A DNA stretch of 64,000 nucleotides. It comes from an uncultured Bacteroidota bacterium (GTDB lineage Bacteria; Bacteroidota; Bacteroidia; Flavobacteriales; Flavobacteriaceae). Made by a program: the position numbers and the translations under genes. Below, piece by piece: positions 18,880 through 27,631 of the stretch. Every line of letters begins with the position of its first letter. The stretch's first letter is position 1. The stretch spans positions 7,699-71,698 of the forward strand of contig CACEAZ010000001.1 of NCBI GenBank assembly GCA_902557655.1. The letters run 5' to 3'. The notes below the pieces were generated by a model. The model was not told where the DNA came from and ran no database searches. It saw nothing but the letters and a program-made list of their open reading frames with translations.

Positions 18880-21123
18880 ATGAAAAAAATTTCAATAGCT
18901 ACAATTGTTTTGTCAATATTTAGTCACTGCCTTTATTTAGGCGCAAATAATTATAATCCAGAAACAGATATCTATAGAAAAGTGGATTCTTTAATGAGTC
19001 TGATGACATTAGATGAAAAAATTGGACAAACAATTATGTATAGTGGTGATTGGAACAATACAGGACCATATGTAAATTCAGATAATATGAGATTCCTTAA
19101 AGAAGGTAATCTAGGCTCAATGTTAAATGTATATACATCGAAAGGGACCAGAGAATTACAAAAAATTGCTGTTGAGGAGACTCGTTTAGGTATTCCTTTG
19201 CTTTTTGGTTATGACGTCATACATGGTTTTAAAACAATTTTTCCAATAAACTTAGGAATTGCGTCAGGTTGGGATCTTGAAGATGTGGAGGAGGTAGCCA
19301 GAATATCAGCTGATGAAGCTTCGGCCGCAGGAGTACATTGGACATTTGCTCCGATGATTGATATCGCTAGAGATCCTCGTTGGGGGCGTGTATCTGAAGG
19401 ATCTGGTGAAGATGTTTATTTAACTAGCGAAATTGCTAAAGCGTATGTAAAAGGGTTTCAAGGTAATAGTCTCACTAATGAAAATACAATTTTAGCATGT
19501 GCAAAACATTTTGTTGGATATGGAGCTGCTCAAGCAGGTAGAGATTATCATACTGTTAGTATGGGTGATAATGAGCTTAGAAATGTATATATGCCTCCGT
19601 TTAAAGCAGCAATTGATTCGGGTGTTGAAACATTTATGACTGCTTTTAATGAGCTTAATGGTGTACCTGCAACAGCAAACAAATATATATTTAAGGACAT
19701 TCTTAGAGATGAATGGGGATTTAACGGATTTGTAGTTACAGATTACACAGCGATTAACGAGTTGGTAAATCATGGATATGCTGAAAATGAAAAACATGCT
19801 ACTGAATTAGCTATTAACTCAGGTATTGATATGGATATGATGAGTGGTGCATATAGGCGTTTTTTAAAAGAATTGATAATTGAAGGTAAAGTTGAGGAAA
19901 CATTGATAAATGAAGCGTGTAGAAAAATTCTTATTGCCAAATTTAAATTAGGTTTATTTGATGACCCTTATAAGTATTGTAACGAACAAAGAGAAGAAGA
20001 AACCATCTATCGCCCTAAATTTTTAGAATTTGCAAGAAAAATAGCATCTAAATCGTCCGTTTTACTTAAAAATATTGATAAAACTCTTCCTATAAACAAT
20101 AAACTAACTGTTGCATTGATAGGTCCACTCGCAAAGGATAAAAAAAACATCATAGGTAGCTGGGCAGCTGCAGGGGATAGAAACGGAAAAGCAATTAGCA
20201 TATATCAAGGAATAAAAGAATATTTAGATGATTCGAACATTATGTTTGCTAGGGGCTGTGATATTGAAAGTAATGATTATAGTGGATTCGATAAAGCCAT
20301 TAACATAGCCAAAAAAGCAGATAAAATAATAATGGTTTTGGGTGAAGATTATAATATGAGTGGGGAAGCTGCAAGTAGAACCAATATTAAACTTCCTGGA
20401 ATTCAAACACAGTTGATTAAAACTATAAGGGATGAATTACCCAACAAACAAATTATTTTAGTATTAATGAATGGTCGCCCTCTGGATCTGACAATCGAAG
20501 ATTCTCTAGCTGATGCTATATTAGAGGTTTGGTATCCAGGAACTAGTGGAGGGCTTGGCGTTGCAGATATTTTATTTGGAAAATATAATCCATCTGCAAA
20601 ACTACCTATTACTTTTCCAAGAAATCTTGGTCAAGTACCAATTTATTATAATCAAAAAAATACTGGGAGACCAATTTCAAAAGAAAACCCAACCGAAGAT
20701 TATAAATCAAATTATATAGATTCGCCAAACACTCCATTATATCCATTTGGTCACGGTCTTAGCTATACAACTTTTAAATACTCTGAAATTAAATTATCCA
20801 ATGATAAGCTTAAAGAATCCGAAATATTAAAAGCAAGCTCAACAATTACCAATACAGGGGATTATGACGGACATGAGGTAGTTCAATTATATATTCGTGA
20901 TAAAGTTGGAAGTATTACAAGGCCTATCAAAGAATTAAAAGGTTTTAAAAAAATATTTCTTAAAAAAGGAGAGAGTAAAACAGTTGTTTTTGAGATTTCA
21001 AGTGAGGACTTAAAATTTTACAATAACAAAAAATTAATTCTTGAATCTGGTGAATTTGAAATAGCCATAAGTCCCAGTTCAGATTTTGAGTTCAATAAAT
21101 TATTCAACCTGATTTTAAATTAA
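18880..21123 (+). CDS. bglX: Glycoside hydrolase family 3 beta-glucosidase (BglX-like), exported
   Basis: The track start TTG 18862 is trimmed to ATG 18880 (MKKISIATIVLSIF). GH3 motifs: LDEKIGQ, GIPLLFGYDVIHG, APMIDIARDPRWGRVSEG, KHFVGYG, GFVVTDY (nucleophile Asp context), and a C-terminal FnIII-like domain. Confidence 0.9.
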   Translation: MKKISIATIVLSIFSHCLYLGANNYNPETDIYRKVDSLMSLMTLDEKIGQTIMYSGDWNNTGPYVNSDNMRFLKEGNLGSMLNVYTSKGTRELQKIAVEETRLGIPLLFGYDVIHGFKTIFPINLGIASGWDLEDVEEVARISADEASAAGVHWTFAPMIDIARDPRWGRVSEGSGEDVYLTSEIAKAYVKGFQGNSLTNENTILACAKHFVGYGAAQAGRDYHTVSMGDNELRNVYMPPFKAAIDSGVETFMTAFNELNGVPATANKYIFKDILRDEWGFNGFVVTDYTAINELVNHGYAENEKHATELAINSGIDMDMMSGAYRRFLKELIIEGKVEETLINEACRKILIAKFKLGLFDDPYKYCNEQREEETIYRPKFLEFARKIASKSSVLLKNIDKTLPINNKLTVALIGPLAKDKKNIIGSWAAAGDRNGKAISIYQGIKEYLDDSNIMFARGCDIESNDYSGFDKAINIAKKADKIIMVLGEDYNMSGEAASRTNIKLPGIQTQLIKTIRDELPNKQIILVLMNGRPLDLTIEDSLADAILEVWYPGTSGGLGVADILFGKYNPSAKLPITFPRNLGQVPIYYNQKNTGRPISKENPTEDYKSNYIDSPNTPLYPFGHGLSYTTFKYSEIKLSNDKLKESEILKASSTITNTGDYDGHEVVQLYIRDKVGSITRPIKELKGFKKIFLKKGESKTVVFEISSEDLKFYNNKKLILESGEFEIAISPSSDFEFNKLFNLILN

Positions 21124-21166
21124 AAACAGCATTTACAAATTGAAGGAATTTTTTAAAAACCCAATT

Positions 21167-22894
21167 TTATCTAAATCTTGATTTTTTCTTTTTTCTCTTT
21201 CTTGATGAATTTCTAGAATCGGATCTTTTACCACGATTTCTTCTATCCCCTCTATCTCTTCTTCTTTTAGGAGGATTTTGATCAAGATTGGATGACTCTG
21301 TTAAAACCAAATCATTACCCTTAAAATCGATTTTTTTAATATTTTTTATAAAATCGTCCTTATAGTCTTTATCAATCTCAAAAAATGTTTGATACCTACC
21401 TAATTCAATTTTACCAATTTCAATACTGTTAGATTTTAATGCCCTATTTACAATAGAAATAATGTCTAATGGAGTTGCTCTGTGTTTTCTTCCAATATTA
21501 ATAGAAAATGCTGTTAATGATTTTCCATTTCTATCACCTCTTTTAGAGCTTCTTTTGTCTTTTGACCTTTTGGAAGGCAGTTTATTGGATTCTTTATAAT
21601 ATTTTAAAAATCTATTAAATTCAGCAGATACAAATCTTTTTATTAATTCTTCTCGGCTTAGCCACTCAAGTTTTTTGTATATGTTATCTAAAAACGGTTT
21701 GATTTGCTCCTCATCAACATCAACATTTTCAATTTTATCTATCAGCTTAAATAACTGATTTGAACATATTTCGCTTCCTGTTGGGACCTCTTTTGGAATG
21801 AATTTTATAGCTCCCTTTTTTTCAATAGATTTTATTTTTCTTCTTTCGCTTTCATTTGAAATAGCGATTGAAATTCCGCTTTTTCCAGCTCTAGCGGTTC
21901 TACCACTTCTATGAACATAAACCTCAGGGTCGTCAGGAAGTGAATAATTAATTACGTGTGTAATATCATCAACATCTAGACCTCTCGCTGCAACATCAGT
22001 AGCGATTAATATTTGTAAAGACCTATCTCTAAACCTCTGCATCACTTCATCTCTTTGATTTTGAGAAAGATCTCCATGAATTGCATCAGCATTATAGCCT
22101 TCAGCCATGAACTTATTAGCTATTTCTTTGGTATGTCTTTTTGTTCTGCAGAAAACTATTCCATAAATATTTGGATTAAAATCAGCAATTCTTTTTAATG
22201 CCTCATATTTATTTCTTGAGCTTACATTATAAATATGATGTTCAATGTTTTTTGCGGTTGAATTTATTTTGGAAACGGTAATTTCTTTAGCATCTCTCAT
22301 ATATTTTTTTGAGATACTTTTAACTTCTTTAGATATTGTTGCTGAAAACAACATTGTTTGCCTATTTGATGAGGTTTTATCTAAAATAAAATCTAAATCA
22401 TCCTTGAATCCCATGCTAAGCATTTCATCTGCCTCATCAAGAATTACCTTGTTAACTAGTTCAAGTTTTAGATTTTTTCTTTTTAATAAATCTTTGGTTC
22501 TTCCAGGTGTTCCAACTACAATCTGAACTCCTTTTTTCAAAGATTTAATTTGTCTTTCAATGTTTGTGCCCCCGTAAACAGATAAAAGCTTAATACCTTT
22601 AACGTATTTTGAATAGGATTCTAAATCTTTACAAATCTGAACGCACAATTCACGAGTTGGACAAAGAATTATTACTTGAACATTTTTATTTTCTACATCA
22701 ACTTGTTGAATGGCAGGCAAGCCAAAAGCAGCTGTTTTACCTGTACCTGTTTGAGCAAGTGCGATTAGGTCCTCATTTTCCGTAAGTAAAAAAGGGATTG
22801 ATTCTTTTTGAACTTCTGTTGGTTTTTTAAAACCCAGTTCCTCGATTGCCTTGCACAATTCTTTATTAACTCCTAATTCTTTAAACTTTGTCAT
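21167..22894 (-). CDS. deaD: DEAD-box ATP-dependent RNA helicase (DeaD/CsdA-like) with a DbpA-type RNA-binding domain and an Arg/Lys-rich tail
   Basis: Q-motif region, AQTGTGKTAAF, PTRELC, DEAD, SAT, ATDVAARGLD and HRSGRTARAG. The C-terminal tail is PPKRRRDRGDRRNRGKR...RKRKKKKSRFR. Confidence 0.9.
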   Translation of the reverse strand: MTKFKELGVNKELCKAIEELGFKKPTEVQKESIPFLLTENEDLIALAQTGTGKTAAFGLPAIQQVDVENKNVQVIILCPTRELCVQICKDLESYSKYVKGIKLLSVYGGTNIERQIKSLKKGVQIVVGTPGRTKDLLKRKNLKLELVNKVILDEADEMLSMGFKDDLDFILDKTSSNRQTMLFSATISKEVKSISKKYMRDAKEITVSKINSTAKNIEHHIYNVSSRNKYEALKRIADFNPNIYGIVFCRTKRHTKEIANKFMAEGYNADAIHGDLSQNQRDEVMQRFRDRSLQILIATDVAARGLDVDDITHVINYSLPDDPEVYVHRSGRTARAGKSGISIAISNESERRKIKSIEKKGAIKFIPKEVPTGSEICSNQLFKLIDKIENVDVDEEQIKPFLDNIYKKLEWLSREELIKRFVSAEFNRFLKYYKESNKLPSKRSKDKRSSKRGDRNGKSLTAFSINIGRKHRATPLDIISIVNRALKSNSIEIGKIELGRYQTFFEIDKDYKDDFIKNIKKIDFKGNDLVLTESSNLDQNPPKRRRDRGDRRNRGKRSDSRNSSRKRKKKKSRFR

Positions 22895-22932
22895 TAAATT
22901 ATTTAATCGTGCAAATGTCGACTATTTAATCG

Positions 22933-22978
22933 GGTATTCAATCAAAAAAAATAAATTAAAAAATTTTTTGTGAATACC
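22933..22978. repeat. Imperfect long inverted repeat (GGTATTCA...TGAATACC clamps around an A/T core) upstream of deaD
   Basis: GGTATTCA at 22933-22940 and TGAATACC at 22971-22978 are exact reverse complements. The inner A8/T6 runs extend the pairing. It sits 39-84 nt upstream of the deaD start codon. Confidence 0.5.
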
Positions 22979-23014
22979 TTTTCAATAAATAAATAGATCA
23001 TTATATTTATACTA

Positions 23015-23071
23015 ATGAAAAAATTATTTTCAAATAAATGGTGGTGGTCACATGATATTAACGTTTCATGA
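23015..23071 (+). CDS. Candidate 18-aa mini-ORF MKKLFSNKWWWSHDINVS (three consecutive Trp codons); leader-peptide-like or part of a small RNA
   Basis: ATG 23015 to TGA 23071, with TGG TGG TGG at 23039-23047. A strong plus-strand terminator hairpin follows 26 nt later. No plus-strand gene lies downstream. Confidence 0.3.
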   Translation: MKKLFSNKWWWSHDINVS

Positions 23072-23096
23072 GGTAATCGCTGTATAACAATATTTC

Positions 23097-23129
23097 AAAA
23101 GCTTATCATCATGATAAGCTTTTTTTTTT
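23097..23129. terminator. Intrinsic terminator hairpin (AAAAGCTTATCAT-C-ATGATAAGCTTTT) with a long T run on the plus strand
   Basis: An 11-13 bp perfect palindromic stem, A4 upstream, and about 10 T on the plus strand when the T residues closing the stem are counted. This geometry favours plus-strand termination but could act bidirectionally. Confidence 0.6.
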
Positions 23130-23160
23130 ATAATTAGTTTAGTTAGTTTGTTTATGTTAA

Positions 23161-23195
23161 AAGGGGGGTAGTACATCCCCCTTTTTTTATTTTTT
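23161..23195. terminator. GC-clamped hairpin (GGGGGG-TAGTACAT-CCCCC) flanked by T runs; terminator for waaA and/or plus-strand transcripts
   Basis: G6/C5 stem. On the plus strand it is followed by TTTTTTTATTTTTT. On the minus strand it is followed by TTTT, directly after the waaA stop codon. Confidence 0.6.
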
Positions 23196-24429
23196 ATTCG
23201 TTTTTTATATGATTTAAAATTAGATTGATAGCTCCTTTTTGCTTTTTGAAATAGTCAGAATTACTATTTGACATTCTATTTAATTCATCTTTATCACTTA
23301 ATGCTTTTTCAAATGAATTATAAAACTCTTTATAGTTGTTAGATACACTGATCATTCCTCCATTTTTAATCATCATCCTAGCTTCGTCAAATGTTTTGTA
23401 ATTTTTACCAATTATAATGGGTTTTCCAAATGAAGCTGGCTCCAAGGTATTATGCAGTCCTGCTTTTCCCATACCTCCACCAACATATGCTAATGTGCAG
23501 TAAGAATATAATGAAGATAGCATCCCAATATTATCAATTATTAAACATGAAAAATCACCCTTAGATTGATTTGATTTTATTTCTGAAAAAAGAATAGATC
23601 TTTTTTTAATTTTTTGTTTTATTCTATTACAGTTTTCACCTATTTCGTGCGGAGCAATTATATATTTTAAATCTCTTTCAGATTCATTTATATATTTTAA
23701 AATTAATATCTCGTCTTCTTCCCATGTACTTCCAAAAACAATACATCTTTTACCGTCTATGAATTCAGAAATAATTCCTGCATGTTCTTCAGGTAGATCA
23801 GGAATTACATTATCATATCTTAAATCACCACAAATGAATACATTTTTATTTCCATAGTGTTCTATTAAATTCTTCGAATTTTCATTGACAACAAAAACTT
23901 TATCTAATTTTTTTATCGCAGAACTGAAATATGATGTTCTTTTTTTAAAAAAGTTATTTTGAAAGTTTCCTCCTACAGAATATACTTTAGACCCATAAAT
24001 TTTAGCGTAATTAATATAACCAGGCCATATTTCATTTTTAATGAATAATGTAATTTTTGGAGATATTAACCCGTAAAACTTTTTCAAATTTTTATTTGAA
24101 GCAAGAGGTAAATATATTACGCAATCAAATAAACTTTTATTTGCATTTTCATAACCAGATGGTGAGATAAAAGAGAGGAGAAATTTATAATCAGTAAAAT
24201 TCTTTTTCAAATTAGCAGTTAGCTCTTCTGACATTAGGTATTCACCATAAGATGAACAATGTATATGGATTATTTTATCATTCTTAGAAAATGATGTTTT
24301 TATCTTATCAAAGCTTTTTTTTCTACCTTCTACTCCTTTCGCTATTTTTTTTAAAAAAAGAGAGTAGAAGCTTAATAAAACTTCAAGAAATGTGTGAATT
24401 AATGAATTAATAATATTCGTTTTAAACAA
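23194..24429 (-). CDS. waaA: 3-deoxy-D-manno-octulosonic acid (Kdo) transferase
   Basis: IHIHCSSYGE, GSTWEEDE, IIAPHE and VGGGMGKAGLHNTLEPASFGKPIIIG are typical WaaA/KdtA motifs. TTG start, with no ATG in the first 65 codons. Confidence 0.85.
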   Translation of the reverse strand: MFKTNIINSLIHTFLEVLLSFYSLFLKKIAKGVEGRKKSFDKIKTSFSKNDKIIHIHCSSYGEYLMSEELTANLKKNFTDYKFLLSFISPSGYENANKSLFDCVIYLPLASNKNLKKFYGLISPKITLFIKNEIWPGYINYAKIYGSKVYSVGGNFQNNFFKKRTSYFSSAIKKLDKVFVVNENSKNLIEHYGNKNVFICGDLRYDNVIPDLPEEHAGIISEFIDGKRCIVFGSTWEEDEILILKYINESERDLKYIIAPHEIGENCNRIKQKIKKRSILFSEIKSNQSKGDFSCLIIDNIGMLSSLYSYCTLAYVGGGMGKAGLHNTLEPASFGKPIIIGKNYKTFDEARMMIKNGGMISVSNNYKEFYNSFEKALSDKDELNRMSNSNSDYFKKQKGAINLILNHIKNE

Positions 24430-24479
24430 AAGTAACTAAAAATAAATATTATATTAGTTAGTCCTAAATCTACATCATT

Positions 24480-25754
24480 ATGAAGAATTTATTGTTTTTA
24501 ATCTTAATATTTTGCTCAACCTCAAATGCACAAGATTATTACATCCATGCAGGAAAGCTATTTGACTCAGAAAAAGGAGAAATGACTACTAATATGACGG
24601 TGATAGTTTCTGATAAAAAAATTAAAGAAGTAAGAAAAGGGTTTAAAACTCCAAAAAAAGATGATGATATAGTAATTGACCTAAAGGATTCTACTGTAAT
24701 GCCTGGATTTATTGATTTACATGTTCATATTGAAAGTGAATACAATCGAGAAAAATACATGAACGCATTTACTGCTGAAGAATCTCAAATTGCATTTAGT
24801 TCATTAAAATTTGCAAAACGTACGCTGATGGCAGGTTTTACTACGGTTAGGGATCTTGGTGGGTCTGGAGTAAATATTTCGTTAAGAAATGCGATCAATA
24901 AAGGAGAAGTAATTGGACCTCGAATCTTTACAGCTGGAAAAGCTATCGGGACAACCGGCGGACATGCAGATCCAACAAATGGATGGAAAAAAAGTCTTGC
25001 AGGCGATCCAGGACCTCGTCAGGGAGTCATCAACGGAGTTGATGAAGCAAGAAAAGCTGTTCGTCAGAGATATAAAGACGGAGCAGATGTTATTAAAATT
25101 ACTGCTACAGGTGGAGTAATGAGTATTGCTAAAAACGGAGAAAACCCACAATTTACACTCGAGGAAATAAAAGCCATCTGTGAAACGGCTAAAGATTATG
25201 ATATGATTGTTGCTGCGCATGCTCATGGTGATGAGGGAATTCAAAGAGCGGTTAGAGGAGGTGTAAAGACTATTGAGCATGGAACCTTATTAAGTGAAGA
25301 ATCAATGCGTCTAATGATAGAATATGGAACCTATTTGGTTCCAACAATGACAGCTGGTAAAGAAGTTGCAGCAAAGGCAAAAATTCCTGGATATTATAAT
25401 GAACTAGTAGTGCCAAAAGCTTTGGCTATAGGTCCCAAGATTCAAAATACGACAGCTAAGGCTTACAGGGCTGGAGTTAATATAGCATTTGGGTCAGATG
25501 CTGGAGTTTTTTCTCACGGAAAAAATGCTAAAGAGTTCAGGTATATGTATGAAGCAGGTATTCCAGTTATCGAATGCCTTCAAGCAGCAACGATTGTAAA
25601 TTCAAAAATACTTTCCGTTGACGATGAAATAGGACAAATTAAAGAAGGTTTCACTGCTGATATTATTGCAACTAGGTTAGACCCAACAAAAGATGTCAAA
25701 ACTCTCGAAAATGTAATTTTTGTAATGAAGGATGGAGTGGTTTATAAAAATTAG
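24480..25754 (+). CDS. Secreted metal-dependent amidohydrolase (imidazolonepropionase/Xaa-Pro dipeptidase-like superfamily)
   Basis: Signal peptide. PGFIDLHVHI (HxH), IKITATGG, AAHAHG, TIEHG and FGSDAG are classic amidohydrolase metal-ligand motifs. Confidence 0.8.
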   Translation: MKNLLFLILIFCSTSNAQDYYIHAGKLFDSEKGEMTTNMTVIVSDKKIKEVRKGFKTPKKDDDIVIDLKDSTVMPGFIDLHVHIESEYNREKYMNAFTAEESQIAFSSLKFAKRTLMAGFTTVRDLGGSGVNISLRNAINKGEVIGPRIFTAGKAIGTTGGHADPTNGWKKSLAGDPGPRQGVINGVDEARKAVRQRYKDGADVIKITATGGVMSIAKNGENPQFTLEEIKAICETAKDYDMIVAAHAHGDEGIQRAVRGGVKTIEHGTLLSEESMRLMIEYGTYLVPTMTAGKEVAAKAKIPGYYNELVVPKALAIGPKIQNTTAKAYRAGVNIAFGSDAGVFSHGKNAKEFRYMYEAGIPVIECLQAATIVNSKILSVDDEIGQIKEGFTADIIATRLDPTKDVKTLENVIFVMKDGVVYKN

Positions 25755-26239
25755 GACTTTCTCTTAAAGCTTGATATTAGTATTAAAATCATTCCAGTTG
25801 TAACCGAGAGGTCAGCAATATTAAAAATCCCAGTTTTAAATATTCCACCTAAATTTAAGTACAAAAAATCTGTTACAGACCCGAATACAATTCTATCAAA
25901 AATATTTGCAATACCCCCACCAATGATCAATGAAAAACCTATAATTGATAACTTATCCAACGATTTATCAATGTACGTGTACAAGGTTATTGATATTAAA
26001 ACAATAACAGGTAATATAATTAATAATAAAATCCTAGGAATTTCTGAAAGTTCACTACCCATTCCTAGAAATGCACCGGTATTTTCAACTTTTATTAAAG
26101 TAAATACATCACCTATAATGCTTTTCTCAGAATAACTTTCAAAATTATTTCTAACCCATATTTTCGAAATTTGATCAAATGCAATACTTAAGAAAACAAG
26201 TATCGTTATTAACAAATACCTTGATTTTTTATTCAACAT
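25751..26239 (-). CDS. lspA: Lipoprotein signal peptidase (signal peptidase II)
   Basis: Four-TM protein of 162 aa with NTGAFLG and IFNIADLSVTTG motifs. Confidence 0.85.
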   Translation of the reverse strand: MLNKKSRYLLITILVFLSIAFDQISKIWVRNNFESYSEKSIIGDVFTLIKVENTGAFLGMGSELSEIPRILLLIILPVIVLISITLYTYIDKSLDKLSIIGFSLIIGGGIANIFDRIVFGSVTDFLYLNLGGIFKTGIFNIADLSVTTGMILILISSFKRKS

Positions 26240-27122
26240 CTTTCAAATTTAACGAACTACATTCAATATCTCTATTTATTTTTCTAACCAATCCTTGTAA
26301 AACTTTACCAGGTCCCACCTCAATAAATTCAGACGCACCATCTTTTATCATTTTGTCAACCGAATGAGTCCATTTAACCGGGCTGGTAAGTTGTAAGATT
26401 AAATTATTTTTTATTTCCTCTTCTGAGGAAAACGGTAGTCCATTAACATTTTGATAAATTGGACAAACTGGAGCAGAAAATACAGTTTTATGAATTGCGT
26501 CTTCCAACTCTTTTTTTGCTTCTTCCATAAGAGGTGAATGAAATGCACCTCCAACAGGTAATACTAATGCACGTCTGGCTCCATTTTCTTTTAATTTTTC
26601 GCAGGCTGATTCAATTGATTTTATTTCACCTGAAATAACCAATTGACCAGGACAATTATAATTTGCCGCGACAACTATTCCTTCAACTTTTTGACATACC
26701 TTTTCTACTATTTCATTTTCAAGTCCTAAAACAGCTGCCATAGTTCCTGGATTATTTTCACAGGCTTTTTGCATTGCATTTGCTCTAATTGAAACTAGTT
26801 TTAAACCGTCTTCAAAGGATATGGATTTATTAACCACAAGAGCTGAGAACTCGCCTAATGAATGGCCAGCAACCATTTTGGGTATCACGCTTTCTCCTTT
26901 ACTAATTGCAAGGATAACAGAATGAAGAAAAATTGCTGGTTGTGTAACCGATGTTTGTCTTAAATCTTCCGCAGAACCATCAAACATGATATCACTTATT
27001 TTAAATCCTAGAATTTCATCTGCTTCGTTAAAATATTTTGCAGCAATTTTTGAAGATTCAAATAAATCTTTACCCATACCTGGATATTGTGCCCCTTGAC
27101 CTGGAAAAATATATGCCTTCAT
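26229..27122 (-). CDS. fabD: Malonyl-CoA:ACP transacylase
   Basis: FPGQGAQYPGMG, GHSLGEFSAL (active-site Ser) and GGAFHSPLM. Confidence 0.93.
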   Translation of the reverse strand: MKAYIFPGQGAQYPGMGKDLFESSKIAAKYFNEADEILGFKISDIMFDGSAEDLRQTSVTQPAIFLHSVILAISKGESVIPKMVAGHSLGEFSALVVNKSISFEDGLKLVSIRANAMQKACENNPGTMAAVLGLENEIVEKVCQKVEGIVVAANYNCPGQLVISGEIKSIESACEKLKENGARRALVLPVGGAFHSPLMEEAKKELEDAIHKTVFSAPVCPIYQNVNGLPFSSEEEIKNNLILQLTSPVKWTHSVDKMIKDGASEFIEVGPGKVLQGLVRKINRDIECSSLNLKDVE

Positions 27123-27622
27123 TAATTATTTTTTATATAAGTTTTATATGTGTATGAAAAATCATGTCGTTCGTCTTTTTCGTGTTTTTCCGAATTTATT
27201 AATTTCCATTTATCCGTATCAATTTTTGAAAAAAAAGTATCCGCCTCAAAATTTTCATGAACCCTGGTTAATTCAATTCTGTCACTTAAATTCATTGCAA
27301 GTTTATAAATTTGTCCCCCACCGATAATAAACGGGTTTTTGTCATCTCCTGTTTTTTTTAACGCATCTTCAATACTTTTAACAACAACAACATTATCAGG
27401 AAAAGAAGCGGATGGTTTTTTTGAAATGACAATATGTTTTCTGTTTGGCAATAGCCCTGGGAATGAATCAAATGTTTTTCTGCCCATAATGATACAATGA
27501 CCTGAAGTTAGTTTTTTAAATCTTTTTAAATCATTAGGCAAACTCCATATAAGATCATTGTTCTTTCCAATTGCATCATTTTCAGCAGCAGCAACAATAA
27601 TGGTGATGGTTTTTTCTTTCAT
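27122..27622 (-). CDS. folA: Dihydrofolate reductase
   Basis: IVAAAENDAIGKNNDLIW, LPNDLKRFKKLTSGH.IIMGRKTF and IIGGGQIY. Its stop overlaps the fabD start by 1 nt (TAATG). Confidence 0.9.
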   Translation of the reverse strand: MKEKTITIIVAAAENDAIGKNNDLIWSLPNDLKRFKKLTSGHCIIMGRKTFDSFPGLLPNRKHIVISKKPSASFPDNVVVVKSIEDALKKTGDDKNPFIIGGGQIYKLAMNLSDRIELTRVHENFEADTFFSKIDTDKWKLINSEKHEKDERHDFSYTYKTYIKNN

Positions 27623-27631
27623 TAAAATAAA

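Noticed and set aside
9047-21166. The idea that the PUL is a genomic island integrated at the tRNA-Gly/tRNA-Leu pair.
   Set aside because: There is no integrase, no transposase, and no direct repeat of the tRNA-Leu 3' end (…GGGTTCAAGTCCCGCCTTCAGTA) at the distal border (21124-21166). I also saw no obvious compositional break by eye.
24882-25280. A 132-aa minus-strand ORF, plus similar antisense ORFs at 32846..33211, 34998..35324, 19492..19797, 60089..60394, 22245..22526, 40874..41158, 42648..42917 and 46383..46649, among others.
   Set aside because: All lie antisense or out of frame inside strongly supported genes, mostly in locally GC-richer stretches where stop codons are rarer. None has recognisable motifs, start context or its own intergenic space.
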